DNA of 64,000 bases, from positions 21,366 through 85,365 of the forward strand of contig JANLPS010000514.1 of NCBI GenBank assembly GCA_031367385.1. The letters are read 5' to 3'. Shown here one piece after another: positions 18,066-28,346 of the stretch. The translations under genes and the position numbers were made by a program. A model generated the notes under the pieces. The model saw only the letters and a list, made by a program, of their open reading frames with translations, did not search any database and was not told the DNA's origin. This DNA comes from Archangium sp. GTDB lineage: Bacteria; Myxococcota; Myxococcia; Myxococcales; Myxococcaceae. Each line of letters begins with the position of its first letter. Positions within the stretch are counted from its first letter, which is position 1.

Positions 18066-18533
18066 CATGTTCGCCGTCGCCCGCTCGTGGGCCAACAGCC
18101 AACGCTTGCGCTCGAGGCCTCCGCCGTAGCCAGTCAACGTGCCATTCGCCCCGATCACACGATGGCATGGCACCACGATGCTGATCGGGTTCGAGCCGTT
18201 GGCCAACCCCACGGCGCGAACCGCCTTCGGGTTGTCGATTCTCCGGGCGAGCTCTCCGTACGAGATGGTTTGACCGCAGGGTATGCCGCGCAAGGCCGAC
18301 CAGACTTTGCATTGAAATGGCGTGCCATTCATCGCGACCTCGATGCCGTCAATGGCATGCAGGTCACCCGCGAAATACTCGGCCAGCCGCGTGGTGAGAC
18401 CGAATGGGTTTGGGTGGGGCACGGGGCCACTGGGGTCGGGGCTCCAGTCGAGGCGGTGCAATCGCCCGAGGGCGTCGACGGTGAGGGTGAGGCTGCCGAG
18501 GGGCGCTTCGAGGGTGTCAGTGAGGTGGTTCAT
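18051..18533 (-). CDS. ogt: Methylated-DNA--protein-cysteine methyltransferase
   Basis: GTPFQ..VW..L..IP.G.T.SY and NPISIVVPCHRVIG; ATG 18533 is coupled to the alkA stop. Confidence 0.95.
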   Translation of the reverse strand: MNHLTDTLEAPLGSLTLTVDALGRLHRLDWSPDPSGPVPHPNPFGLTTRLAEYFAGDLHAIDGIEVAMNGTPFQCKVWSALRGIPCGQTISYGELARRIDNPKAVRAVGLANGSNPISIVVPCHRVIGANGTLTGYGGGLERKRWLLAHERATANMSLSL

Positions 18534-19978
18534 TTGGAAGTCTCCGAGGCCCAGAGGTGTTGCGCGGCGTAGGCACGCCACGGTCGCCAGGCTTCTGAAC
18601 GAGCCAGCAAGGCTTTCGAGGTCGGGCGAGCACCGCGCTTGGGAGTGGCAGCGCGCAACAACCCCACGTCGCTGCTTGGAAACGCGTCGGGCTCGCGCAT
18701 CGCACGCAACGCGATGTACTGCGCGGTCCACTCTCCGATGCCGGTGATGCGGCGGAGCCTGGTGATGGCCTCATCGATGCTGCCGAGCGGGTGAAACAGC
18801 ATCGGGTCGGCCAGTGCAGCGACCGCGACCGCTTTGAGCGTCTGCCTGCGGGCGGCCGGCATGCCGAGCGCGCTCAGGTCAGCGCTTGCGACACTCGCCG
18901 CATCGGGAAAGAGCGAGCTCAGCGGGCCCACCGATCGCGCGAGTCGGGCTCCGCACAGCTCGACCAACCGACTGGCCAACCGGCGCCCCGCCTCGAGCGT
19001 GACCTGCTGGCCAAGCACCGCGCGCAGGGCGAGCTCGAAGCCGTCCCACGCGCCGGGTACGCGGAGCCCTGGCCGACGGCTGACCAATCTGCGCAGCAAT
19101 GGGTCGCCGCAGAGGTGAGCGCCAATCGCCTCGATGTCGGCCGCCACATCGAAGACCCGCCGAGCGCGCGTCACCAGGCCCGTGAGCCCTCGCGTCGAAT
19201 CACACCTCAAGGTCAGCAAGAGGTTGCTCTTCTGCGGCTCATGCGCGACCTCGACGATGCCCACATGGCCCTCGTGGCTGGCGGTGCGCCGATAGACACC
19301 TTGGGTGACTTCTTCGACCCCGTCGATGGCGCGCGCCTCGAAGTACGCGAGCATGTGCCCCCAGTCGTACGGCGGCCGATATCGCAACCTCAGCGTGACT
19401 GGTGCTTCTGCCGAGGTCAGCACCCTGCTTCGTCGCAACGAGCTGGGCGGCCGCTTGAACAGCATTTGAAACGTCTCGTTGAATCGGCGAATGCTGCCGA
19501 AGCCCGACGCCAGCGCGACCTCGGTCATTGGCAGCTGGGTCTCATGGAGCAGCTGCTTCGCGAAGAGCACGCGCCTGGTCTGAGCGACGGCGATCGGTGA
19601 CGCGCCGAGATGTTTCTCGAAGAGTCGCCGAAGCTGACGAGCCCCGACGCCCAGCCGCTCAGCGAGCAACTCGACGCTCGGGTCAGCGCCTTCGCCAATC
19701 AACGCGAGCGCGCGAGAGACGGTGTTGGCAGTGCCGCGCCACGAAGCCCCGTCGGGCGCGGTCTCAGGCCGGCAACGCAGGCAGGGTCGAAACCCCGCCT
19801 CTTGTGCCGCCGCGGCCGAAGCGAAGAACCGGCAGTTCTCGGCTTTGGCTGGCCGCGCCGGGCACACCGGCCGGCAGTAGATGCCGGTCGAGGTGATGCC
19901 CACGAACAAGCGACCATCGAAGCGTGTATCTTTGGTTCGCAGTGCTCGGTAGCACGCGGTGTGGTCGCTCACGTTCAT
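18530..19978 (-). CDS. alkA: Ada Zn-binding/AraC + AlkA DNA-3-methyladenine glycosylase fusion
   Basis: GIYCRPVC...GFRPCLRCRP, AraC HTH, AVLGQQV, GIGEWTA and PDAFP. Confidence 0.93.
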   Translation of the reverse strand: MNVSDHTACYRALRTKDTRFDGRLFVGITSTGIYCRPVCPARPAKAENCRFFASAAAAQEAGFRPCLRCRPETAPDGASWRGTANTVSRALALIGEGADPSVELLAERLGVGARQLRRLFEKHLGASPIAVAQTRRVLFAKQLLHETQLPMTEVALASGFGSIRRFNETFQMLFKRPPSSLRRSRVLTSAEAPVTLRLRYRPPYDWGHMLAYFEARAIDGVEEVTQGVYRRTASHEGHVGIVEVAHEPQKSNLLLTLRCDSTRGLTGLVTRARRVFDVAADIEAIGAHLCGDPLLRRLVSRRPGLRVPGAWDGFELALRAVLGQQVTLEAGRRLASRLVELCGARLARSVGPLSSLFPDAASVASADLSALGMPAARRQTLKAVAVAALADPMLFHPLGSIDEAITRLRRITGIGEWTAQYIALRAMREPDAFPSSDVGLLRAATPKRGARPTSKALLARSEAWRPWRAYAAQHLWASETSK

Positions 19979-20053
19979 TGAGCCAACCTTGCCACGCAAC
20001 AGCCCCCTCGACTGGCGGTTTTCGGACACCGAGTTTCTACCCCTCGAAACCGC

Positions 20054-21889
20054 TCAGGGCGCGGGGCGAACGACCGTATTGCTATCGAACGTGGTCGCCG
20101 CGATGCGGGCCAACACCCGCCCCTCGATGGTCGCGCCGGTTTGCATGGTGATTGCCTGGTCGGCCATCACGGTACCGACGAAGACGCTGGTCGAGCCAAA
20201 GGTGGCCGAGGTACCGACTTGCCAGAACACGTTCTTCGCCTGTGCACCGCCAGCGAGAATGACCTGGCGACCCGAGGTCGTGGTCAGCGTCGAGGCCATT
20301 TGAAAGATGAAGACCGCGGTGTCGTCGCCCTGCGCATCGAGGGTCAGGTCGCCCGAGCTGATCGCCAGAGACGAGGTCGATTTGTAGAGGCCCGGGGCGA
20401 GCGTCTGCCCGCCGAGGTTGCCCGCGACCGAGACGGGGCACAGGGTGCGCCCAGCGGCTTCGTTGTAGGCCGTGGTCAGGTCAGCAATGCCGGTCGCGGC
20501 CGTGGGGTCGCCGTTGTGCTGCGCACCGACGATGGCGCCAACCGCGAAGCCAGTCACGGCCGTACCGGGGCTCACGCCGAGGTCTCCGATGATTGACGTC
20601 GGGCCGGTGTTGGTCACCGTCGACCCAGCGAGCACCGCGAAGTCGGCTGCTGATTTCAACGTGATCGGCAGCTGGCCACAGGCGCCAGTCATCCAGCTCC
20701 ACACGGCGTCGAGCGCCAATGCATTGCCGGCGAGGTCTTTCGCCCCCGTGGTCACGGTGGCCGTGTAGGGCAAGTCGAGGCCCATCGGGCTGAGTGGTGT
20801 GAAGTACGCAGTCGCGGTCGCGATGTCGTAGCTGACGGTGCCGTTGACGGTGGTGAGGCCCTGCTTCACGCCGAAGGTCGCGCCGGTGATGGTGAGCGGG
20901 TCCATCGGTTTGTCGAAGCGCGCGCAGATGAGCGCGGTGGTCGACACGCCGACGGCGTTCTTCAACGGGCAGGTCGAGAGAATGCCCGGCCCGACGACAG
21001 TCATGCCCGTCGTGAACGACCACACGGCGTTGGTGACCAGCGGTAAGCCCGAGGTGTTGGTCGCTCCCGTGGTGACGGTCGCGGTGTAGAGCGTATTCGG
21101 CAGCAGGTTCACCGTCGGGTTGATGGTCGCGGTGGTGCCGCCGTAGGTCACGACCGAGGCGACCGGCGTGGTGCCCTGCTTGAGGGTGAAGGTCGTGTTG
21201 TTGATCGTGGCCGGGTTCATCTTGGTATTGAACGTCGCGGTTGCCGATACGTTGATGCCTGCATCCATGCCGTTGTCGGGGGGCGTGGTCGAGATCACGC
21301 TCGGGTTGTTTTCAGTCGTGAAAGACCAGGTATAGGCAGAACGGAGCGGGGCACCAGCCAGGCTGGTCGCGCCGGTCGTGATGGTCGCGGTGTAGGTCGT
21401 GTTCGGCAACAGGTTCACATTCGGGTTCAACGTCGCTCTGGTACCCGCGTAGCTCACGACTGCGGCGACCAGCGTCGAGCCCTGCTTGAGGGTGAACGTG
21501 AGGTCGTTGATGGTCGAGCTCTGCATCGGGGTACTGAAGTTCGCCGTCGGTGAAACACTGATTGAGGCGCCCGACGAGTTGTTGAGCGGTGTGGTGGAAA
21601 TGACGGTCGGCGCGATCAAACCCGCGTCGGTGAAGCCCGCGTCGACGCCGGTGAGGCCGCCATCTCCAAACGCGACTCCGCTGTCGCTTTCAGCGAGCCC
21701 GCTGTCGAAGCCGCCGACCCCTCCTCCGGTTCCGCCCCCACCACCTCCCGCGTCGCGAACGACCCCGCTATCGCGTTTGACGCTCGCGTCGGCGTTCAAG
21801 TCGAACTCGACCAGCGGGCCTCCACAAGCAGAGACGAGAGACAGCGCGCACAGAGACAGCAGGAGGTTCGAGATTTTCATGTGGGTCAT
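20054..21889 (-). CDS. Ice-binding-like (DUF3494) lipoprotein with three Ig-like (Big_5) domains
   Basis: LVSAC lipobox; three ~100-aa P.V.ST.P...YTATxTTGA...WSFTT units; C-terminal FAVLAGSTVTNTG, GDLGVSPG, LAPGLY, VFIFQ and NVFWQVG. Confidence 0.9.
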   Translation of the reverse strand: MTHMKISNLLLSLCALSLVSACGGPLVEFDLNADASVKRDSGVVRDAGGGGGGTGGGVGGFDSGLAESDSGVAFGDGGLTGVDAGFTDAGLIAPTVISTTPLNNSSGASISVSPTANFSTPMQSSTINDLTFTLKQGSTLVAAVVSYAGTRATLNPNVNLLPNTTYTATITTGATSLAGAPLRSAYTWSFTTENNPSVISTTPPDNGMDAGINVSATATFNTKMNPATINNTTFTLKQGTTPVASVVTYGGTTATINPTVNLLPNTLYTATVTTGATNTSGLPLVTNAVWSFTTGMTVVGPGILSTCPLKNAVGVSTTALICARFDKPMDPLTITGATFGVKQGLTTVNGTVSYDIATATAYFTPLSPMGLDLPYTATVTTGAKDLAGNALALDAVWSWMTGACGQLPITLKSAADFAVLAGSTVTNTGPTSIIGDLGVSPGTAVTGFAVGAIVGAQHNGDPTAATGIADLTTAYNEAAGRTLCPVSVAGNLGGQTLAPGLYKSTSSLAISSGDLTLDAQGDDTAVFIFQMASTLTTTSGRQVILAGGAQAKNVFWQVGTSATFGSTSVFVGTVMADQAITMQTGATIEGRVLARIAATTFDSNTVVRPAP

Positions 21890-21958
21890 TTGCGGGCGCC
21901 GGTGGTGCAAGACGAGTCGACAGCTCGTCTAAAGTCCGCAGCCCGCGTACGGAACGAG

Positions 21959-21975
21959 AGCAGCCCACGTGCCAA
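21959..21975 (-). promoter_or_regulatory. Sigma54 promoter for the ice-binding gene
   Basis: Minus strand TTGGCACGTGGGCTGCT: near-consensus TGGCACG with GG-N10-GC. Confidence 0.65.
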
Positions 21976-22211
21976 CAGCAACCCGCGCGAGTTGCGTCGA
22001 GCGAACGCAGCGCCCAGACGCCGTTACGCCTCACGACGCAGGATTGCCCGAGGCGGTCGCGCTCAGTGTGCTGTGCGCACACCAAGACGCGACTCGAAGT
22101 CAAAAAACGGTCAACCCTCAGAGCTTGGGTGCATTCCTCCGGTGAGGAACATCTCTTTCGAGGGCTTGGGGTGGGCGCCGCGTTCTCGATTCAGAGCAGC
22201 CAAAGCCGTGA

Positions 22212-22227
22212 CGGCATGTTCGGTGCG
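22212..22227 (+). promoter_or_regulatory. Candidate sigma54 promoter for the OmpA gene
   Basis: CGGCATGTTCGGTGCG: GG-N10-GC. Confidence 0.45.
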
Positions 22228-22239
22228 TACGCACCAAGA

Positions 22240-23346
22240 ATGAACATTCGCCGAGCCTGTCGAACAGCCGCAGCCTTCAGCACCGTCTTCTTGGCGTCAT
22301 CGGCCGCGTACGCGAGTGAGGTGAGCTTCAAGCTCGAGCCAGGCCTCGCCTTTGCGTTGTCAGACCCGCAGGCCGATCACTACGCCCTCGGTGGCGGGCA
22401 GTCGTTCAAGGTGCTCTTCGGCCTCAATCGCTACCTCGACATCGGGCCCAGCTTCTCGTTCATGGTCGTGCCTCCAGCGAGCGGCTTCACCGCGTTCGGC
22501 ACTGCGTTCACCGGCGGTTTCGGAGCGCGAATCGCAAGGCCGCGAGACGAGGTGACGGCGATGGGCCTTTCTCCATGGGCCGATGTCGATGCGCTGTACG
22601 TTCGCACCGGCTCGCTCGACCGCCCAGGCTTCGACGCGGCGGTCGGCGTGTCGTTGCCCATCGGTGTCACACACACCTTCTGGGTGGGCCCGTTCGTTCG
22701 CTACCTTCATATTTTTCAGGTCTATCGCGCCGGCCTCGAACCAGGCGACGCGAACATGTTGACGGTGGGCCTGAGCTTCGAGGTCAGCACCGGCAATGGC
22801 CCGGCGCGCGCGCCTGAACAGGTCGCAACCGCGTCGGCTCCGGTCATTCAAGACCGGGTGTCATGCCCTGATCGCGACAACGACACGGTGCCAGACTCCA
22901 TCGACCGCTGCCCTGACGTGTCGGGGCCGATCGAGAACGCGGGCTGCCCCAACTACAAGAAGGTGGTCGTCAAGGCTGACAAGCTCGAGCTCAAAGAGAA
23001 GCTCTACTTCGCATGGGACAGCGCGACCCTCGAGGAGGCGTCGTTTGCCACACTCGATGAAGTCGCGCAGGCCCTCAAGGACAACCCGAGCTTTCGCGTA
23101 CAGGTCGAGGGTCACACTGACTCATCAGGCACCGATGACCACAACCAGACGCTCTCAGAACAGCGAGCTCAAGCGGTGTTGGGCTACCTCTCCGCACACG
23201 GGGTCGCCCAAGACCGGCTGACCTCGAAGGGCTTCAGCTCATCGCAGCCGCTCGACACCAATCAAACGGTGGCAGGCCGCGAGAACAATCGCCGGGTCGA
23301 GTTCGTGGTGAACTTCGCACTGATCAAAGAGCCCGCCGCCAAGTAA
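22240..23346 (+). CDS. OmpA-family outer membrane protein with TSP3-like Ca-binding motif
   Basis: Signal peptide and beta-barrel-like N half; DRDNDTVPDSIDRCP; VEGHTD...NQTLSEQRA...NRRVEF. Confidence 0.92.
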   Translation: MNIRRACRTAAAFSTVFLASSAAYASEVSFKLEPGLAFALSDPQADHYALGGGQSFKVLFGLNRYLDIGPSFSFMVVPPASGFTAFGTAFTGGFGARIARPRDEVTAMGLSPWADVDALYVRTGSLDRPGFDAAVGVSLPIGVTHTFWVGPFVRYLHIFQVYRAGLEPGDANMLTVGLSFEVSTGNGPARAPEQVATASAPVIQDRVSCPDRDNDTVPDSIDRCPDVSGPIENAGCPNYKKVVVKADKLELKEKLYFAWDSATLEEASFATLDEVAQALKDNPSFRVQVEGHTDSSGTDDHNQTLSEQRAQAVLGYLSAHGVAQDRLTSKGFSSSQPLDTNQTVAGRENNRRVEFVVNFALIKEPAAK

Positions 23347-23351
23347 CGACT

Positions 23352-25154
23352 TCACGCAGCGTCTTTGGGGCCTTCACGAAATTGTTTTCTGTAGAGCTCG
23401 GCGTAACGCCCGCCGGCGGCGAGCAGGGCATCGTGCGTACCCCGCTCGATGATCTGCCCGCCCTCGATGACGAGAATCAGATCAGCGTTGGTGATGGTGC
23501 TCAAGCGATGCGCGATGACCACGGCAGTGCGCTGGGCGAGCAGCGTCGAGAGTGCCTTCTGAATGAGCGACTCAGTGCGAGTGTCGATGTTGGCAGTGGC
23601 CTCATCGAGAATCAGCACGCTGGGCTTCATCAGCACGGCGCGGGCGAAGGCCATCAATTGCCGCTGACCCTGACTGAGCGAGCCACCGCCCTCGTTGAGC
23701 ACGGTGTCGTAGCCCTTGGGCAGGCCACTGATGAAGTCGTGCAGCCCAACGGCCTTCGCGGCGGCCTCGATCTTCTCGCGCGGCGCGTCGGGGTACCCGT
23801 AAGCGATGTTGTCGGCCAAAGAGCCGGTGAAGAGAAAGGGCTCTTGCGGCACCATCGCCATGTGCGCGCGCAGGCTCGCCCGGCTGACCTTGGTCACGTC
23901 ATGGCCATCGAGGCGAATGGTGCCCGAGGTCGCGTCGTAGAACCGAGGCACCAGGTTGGCGATGGTGGTCTTGCCCGCTCCGGTGCGGCCCACCAGGGCC
24001 ACCACCTGCCCCGCCGCCACCTCGAAGCTGATCTCTTTGAGCACCGGCCGCGCAGGGTCGTACGAGAATGACACCTGCTCGAAGCTGATTCGACCTTCAA
24101 CGCGCTCGAGCATCGTCGAGTCTCGAGCATCATCGGGCTCGACCGGAGCGTCGAGAATCGCGAACAGCCGCTCGGCCCCCGCAAGCGCCGATTGCGCGAG
24201 GGTGTACACCGAGGCCGCCAATTGCACCGGCCTGAAGAACTGCTGCACGTAGAGCAAGAACGCAGCGAGCACGCCGATGCTCAGCCGCTCGTTGAACACC
24301 AACCAGCCGCCGAAGCCGATCACCAAGGCATTGGCGAGCGTCGAGAGCATGTCGATGGCCGGTGAGAACGCCGAGGTGATGCCAGTCGCAGAGACGTTGG
24401 CGTCTCGGTTGGCTGCGTTTCGCTCGCGAAAGCGCGCGATGTTCACCTCGGTGCGATTGAAGGCCTGGGCCTCGCGAATGCCTACGATGCCTTCTTGCAA
24501 GTCGGCGCTGACGTCACCGGTGGTCTCACGGGTCTTGCGATACGCCGCTCTGGCGCGGGCCGCGAAGAACGAGGTCGTCGCCAACATCACGGGGATGATG
24601 GTGAAGCACACCAGCGCGAGCTGCCAGTTGAGCCACAGCATCGCGATGATAATGCCGACCAGCGCGAGCAGCTGGCCGAGCAGTTGCGTCAGGCCCTGTG
24701 CGAAGAGCTGGTTGAGCGTGTCGACGTCGCTCTGCAACCGGCTCATCAGGTCGCCGATGGGCCGCTTGTCGAAGTACGAGATGGGGAGGAGCTGCAGGTG
24801 GCGAAACAACCGCGCCCGCATCGAGGCGAGAATTCGTTGGCCGGTGCCGCCGATCAACCGCGACTGCATGCGCTGCGCAGTGGCGCTGGCGGCGTACACC
24901 GCGAGCAACAGCCCCATCGACAGAGCGAGCCCGCTGGTGTCGCGCGAACCGATGTTGCGGTCGATTGCATGGCCCACCAACCAGGGAGCCAGCGATTGCC
25001 CCGCGGCTGAAATCACCACGAAGATCATCGCCGTCCACACCGGTTTCTTGAAGGGGGCGATCTCTCGCAGCAGCCTGCGCGCCACGCCCGCGCGATCAGC
25101 CGCGCGCTGCACGGTGGTCTCGGCCATCGCCTCGATGCTGCCTGGGCGCCTCAC
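23352..25154 (-). CDS. ABC exporter subunit (TMD+NBD), consensus Walker B/H-switch
   Basis: GRTGAGKT, LSQGQ, ILDEAT, IAHR. Confidence 0.95.
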   Translation of the reverse strand: MRRPGSIEAMAETTVQRAADRAGVARRLLREIAPFKKPVWTAMIFVVISAAGQSLAPWLVGHAIDRNIGSRDTSGLALSMGLLLAVYAASATAQRMQSRLIGGTGQRILASMRARLFRHLQLLPISYFDKRPIGDLMSRLQSDVDTLNQLFAQGLTQLLGQLLALVGIIIAMLWLNWQLALVCFTIIPVMLATTSFFAARARAAYRKTRETTGDVSADLQEGIVGIREAQAFNRTEVNIARFRERNAANRDANVSATGITSAFSPAIDMLSTLANALVIGFGGWLVFNERLSIGVLAAFLLYVQQFFRPVQLAASVYTLAQSALAGAERLFAILDAPVEPDDARDSTMLERVEGRISFEQVSFSYDPARPVLKEISFEVAAGQVVALVGRTGAGKTTIANLVPRFYDATSGTIRLDGHDVTKVSRASLRAHMAMVPQEPFLFTGSLADNIAYGYPDAPREKIEAAAKAVGLHDFISGLPKGYDTVLNEGGGSLSQGQRQLMAFARAVLMKPSVLILDEATANIDTRTESLIQKALSTLLAQRTAVVIAHRLSTITNADLILVIEGGQIIERGTHDALLAAGGRYAELYRKQFREGPKDAA

Positions 25155-26944
25155 GCGGCCTCCGTCAGCTTGCCACGCAGCTGCGTGCCGAGAATCTCGT
25201 TGTAGAGCGGGCTGCTGGCGAGAAGCTCTTCGTGTTTGCCCTTGGCGACGATCTGCCCCTCATCGAGCACCAAGATGACGTCGGCGTCGCGAACGGTGCT
25301 GATGCGCTGGGCGATGACGAACGCGGTCTTGCTGGTATTTCGCATCAAGCCATCGAGGGCCGCTTGAATCGCGAGCTCGGTCTCGGCATCGACGGCCGAG
25401 GTGCTGTCGTCGAGAATCAAGAGCTTCGGGTCGGTCAGCAGCGCACGGGCGATCGCGATTCGCTGCCGCTGACCACCCGAGAGGCCCACTCCGCGCTCGC
25501 CGATGATCGTCTCGTACCCCTGCGGCAGCTCGTCGATGAACGAGGCCGCCTGCGCCGCCACCGCCGCCGCGCGAACCTCTTCGAGCGTCGCCTCGGGCCG
25601 GCCATAGGCGATGTTGCTGCGCACCGAGCCAGAGAACAGCAGCGCCTCCTGCAAGACGATGCCGATCTGCGAGCGCAAGCTGCTCAAGGTCACGGTGCGA
25701 ACATCGTGGCCGTCGACCAGCACCGAGCCCGAGGTGACGTCGTAGAAGCGAGGTATCAGGTTGATGATCGTGCTCTTGCCCGCACCGGTCGTGCCGAGCA
25801 ACGCCACGGTCTGCCCAGGCTCAATGGTGAAGTCGACGCCCTTCAAGATCGGCTTCTCGCTGCCGGTGTAGCGAAACACCACGTTCTTGAACTCGACCCT
25901 GCCCTGCAGCGCGGGCAGCGGCTTGGCATCGGCCGCGTCAGAGAGCTCGAGGGGCGTATCGAGCAACTCGAACACCCGCATGGCCGAGGCGCCCGCGCGC
26001 GAGATCTGCGCTGCGAGAAAACCAATGGTCATGATCGGCATCAGCAAGAACGCCAGGTAGCTGTTGAAGGCGATCAGCTGCCCCAACGAGAGCTCGCCGC
26101 GAAAAATCTGCAACCCGCCGACACCGACCACCGCCACGGTGCCGAGGTTGGCGAAGAAGTTCACGAAGGGAAAGTTGCTCGACATCGCGTCGACGACCTG
26201 AAGGTTCTGGTCTCGAAGCTCGTCGTTGATCTGGCCGTAGCGGGCGACCTCTCGTTTTTCGCCAGAGAACGCGCGCACGACCTTGAGCCCCTGGAGGCTC
26301 TCTTGAAGCACGGTGCTGAGCCTGGCGAGCGTGCCCTGCAAGCGGCCGAAGAGCGGGCCGATGCTGGTGACGAAGCGCTTGAGCACCCAGAAAATCGGCA
26401 CCACCGTCGCCAAGGCCGCCAACGCCAGCGTGGCGTTGATCGAGAACAACAAGATGATCGTGCCCAGCAGCATCGCGAGCGACGCGGCCAGCTGCACCAC
26501 GCCTGAGCCGACGAAGCTACGAACCTGCTCGACGTCGTTGGTCAGGCGGGTCAGCAAATTACCGGTCTGCGCGGTGTCGTAATAATTGAAGCTCAGCTTT
26601 TGAATGTGCGCATACAACCCGTCGCGCAGATGAAACGCGACCCCTTGCGAGGCGCGCTCAGCGAGGTAGCCTTGAAGAAAGTTGAGCAGGCCGCGAATCA
26701 GCGCGACCGCGACCAACCCTCCGACGGCGAGCTGCACGTTCGACCAATCACGCGGGGTCAGCCCTTGATCGATCGCGAAGCGGAGCAGCTGAGGCGCGGC
26801 CAGGTTGGCGACCGAGACCAGCAAGAGCGAGGTCAGCGCGCCGAAGGTCTCGAGCCGGTACGAGCCCAGATACCGAATCGCCCTCAAGACCGCTTTGCCG
26901 CTGCCAGGCACGGAGCCAGGCCGACGAGATGGTTCGTTCGCCAC
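25151..26944 (-). CDS. ABC exporter subunit (TMD+NBD), degenerate site
   Basis: GTTGAGKS, LSGGQ, ILDDS (E to D) and IAQR (H to Q), the pattern of heterodimeric TM287/288-type exporters. Confidence 0.95.
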   Translation of the reverse strand: MANEPSRRPGSVPGSGKAVLRAIRYLGSYRLETFGALTSLLLVSVANLAAPQLLRFAIDQGLTPRDWSNVQLAVGGLVAVALIRGLLNFLQGYLAERASQGVAFHLRDGLYAHIQKLSFNYYDTAQTGNLLTRLTNDVEQVRSFVGSGVVQLAASLAMLLGTIILLFSINATLALAALATVVPIFWVLKRFVTSIGPLFGRLQGTLARLSTVLQESLQGLKVVRAFSGEKREVARYGQINDELRDQNLQVVDAMSSNFPFVNFFANLGTVAVVGVGGLQIFRGELSLGQLIAFNSYLAFLLMPIMTIGFLAAQISRAGASAMRVFELLDTPLELSDAADAKPLPALQGRVEFKNVVFRYTGSEKPILKGVDFTIEPGQTVALLGTTGAGKSTIINLIPRFYDVTSGSVLVDGHDVRTVTLSSLRSQIGIVLQEALLFSGSVRSNIAYGRPEATLEEVRAAAVAAQAASFIDELPQGYETIIGERGVGLSGGQRQRIAIARALLTDPKLLILDDSTSAVDAETELAIQAALDGLMRNTSKTAFVIAQRISTVRDADVILVLDEGQIVAKGKHEELLASSPLYNEILGTQLRGKLTEAA

Positions 26945-27016
26945 CCGCTGCCTCTAGCAGGTCGACGCCCGCCGGTCGGCAAGAATTGGGGCCGGCGTTT
27001 CGCCCCGAAGCGACCC

Positions 27017-27454
27017 TCAACGGCCCTTACGCGGCTTCTTCGCCAGCGGTGCCCCGACCGACAGAAACGACCGGGTGAACGTGTGCGGCAACAACTCGCC
27101 CAGGGTGTACGCCGCTTCGTCGCCCTTGAGGGTGCGCGATCGAATCATCAACCCGGGGCCTGCGAACTCGGCCAACACCTGGCGGCACATGCCGCACGGA
27201 GGCGTGGGCACCACGCTGTCGACCACGATCGCACAGGCCACTGGAGTGCGCCCGGCCAACACCATCGCTCCAATCGCGTTTCGCTCTGCGCAGGTGGTCA
27301 ACCCGTAGCTCGCGGTCTCGACGTTGCAGCCCGAGGCGATCGACCCATCATCGAGCAACAGCGCGGCACCGACCGCGAAGTTCGAATACGGCGCGTGGGC
27401 CTTCTTGCGTGCAACCGCTGCCGCCGCGAAGAGCCGCTTGAAGTCATCAGCCAT
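27017..27454 (-). CDS. cdd: Cytidine deaminase (tetrameric type)
   Basis: [29 protein letters not shown]. Confidence 0.95.
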   Translation of the reverse strand: MADDFKRLFAAAAVARKKAHAPYSNFAVGAALLLDDGSIASGCNVETASYGLTTCAERNAIGAMVLAGRTPVACAIVVDSVVPTPPCGMCRQVLAEFAGPGLMIRSRTLKGDEAAYTLGELLPHTFTRSFLSVGAPLAKKPRKGR

Positions 27455-27519
27455 GGGTCACAGTCTCCCACATCGGCGATGTCTGCCTAAGCTTTGTGTC
27501 GCGTGCTAGGGCCTGGCCG

Positions 27520-28317
27520 ATGACCGCCAGCCCCACGCAGGTTGCATTGATCACCGGTGGCACCCGAGGCGTGGGCCGTGCGCTCTCACTTCGCCTCGCC
27601 AAGCGAGGGTACGACGTGGTCGCGACCTATCGAAGAGACACCGAAGCGGCCTCGGCGCTCGAGAAAGACGTCAGCGGGCTTGGCAGACGCTGCATCACCC
27701 TCGCGGCAGATCAGCTCGAGCCCGAGTCGCTGAACGCCGTGTTCGAACGAATCAGCGCCGAGTTCAAACGCCTCGATGTCTTCGTCGCCAACGCGGCCTC
27801 GACCCGCTTCTCGACCTTGATGGACGTGAAGGCCCACCAGATGGACAAGACCTTCAACGTGACGGTGAAGTCGTTCTTGCTCGCCGCCCAGCAGTGCGTG
27901 CCGTTGATGAAGGGCCGCCACGGTCGAATCGTCGCCGTCTCGGGAATGGACTCGCGGGTCGCCCTGCCCTTTCACGGGCTGCTCGGCGCGATGAAGGGCG
28001 CGATGGAGATCTTGGTGAAGTACCTGGCCTGTGAGCTCGCGGCCGACGGCATTCGGGTCAACGCGATCAACCCCGGCTACATCGACACCGAGTCATCACG
28101 CTTCTACGTGGGAGACCGATGGCCCGCGCTGGAGAAAGAGGCCACCGCGCAAGTGCCCACCGGTCACATCGGCTCGGCTGATGACATCGCAGCTGCGATC
28201 GAGTGGGTCGCGAGCGCCGAATCGCGCTACGTGAACGGCACCACGATCAACGTCGATGGTGGGCTCGAGGCCAACTACCAGATGTACATCGCGGCCAAGC
28301 TCGCAGCAGGCGGGTGA
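27520..28317 (+). CDS. SDR oxidoreductase, FabL-like enoyl-ACP reductase
   Basis: [30 protein letters not shown]. Confidence 0.8.
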   Translation: MTASPTQVALITGGTRGVGRALSLRLAKRGYDVVATYRRDTEAASALEKDVSGLGRRCITLAADQLEPESLNAVFERISAEFKRLDVFVANAASTRFSTLMDVKAHQMDKTFNVTVKSFLLAAQQCVPLMKGRHGRIVAVSGMDSRVALPFHGLLGAMKGAMEILVKYLACELAADGIRVNAINPGYIDTESSRFYVGDRWPALEKEATAQVPTGHIGSADDIAAAIEWVASAESRYVNGTTINVDGGLEANYQMYIAAKLAAGG

Positions 28318-28346
28318 GCGGCTGAGCGTGAAACCACCATGCGCGC

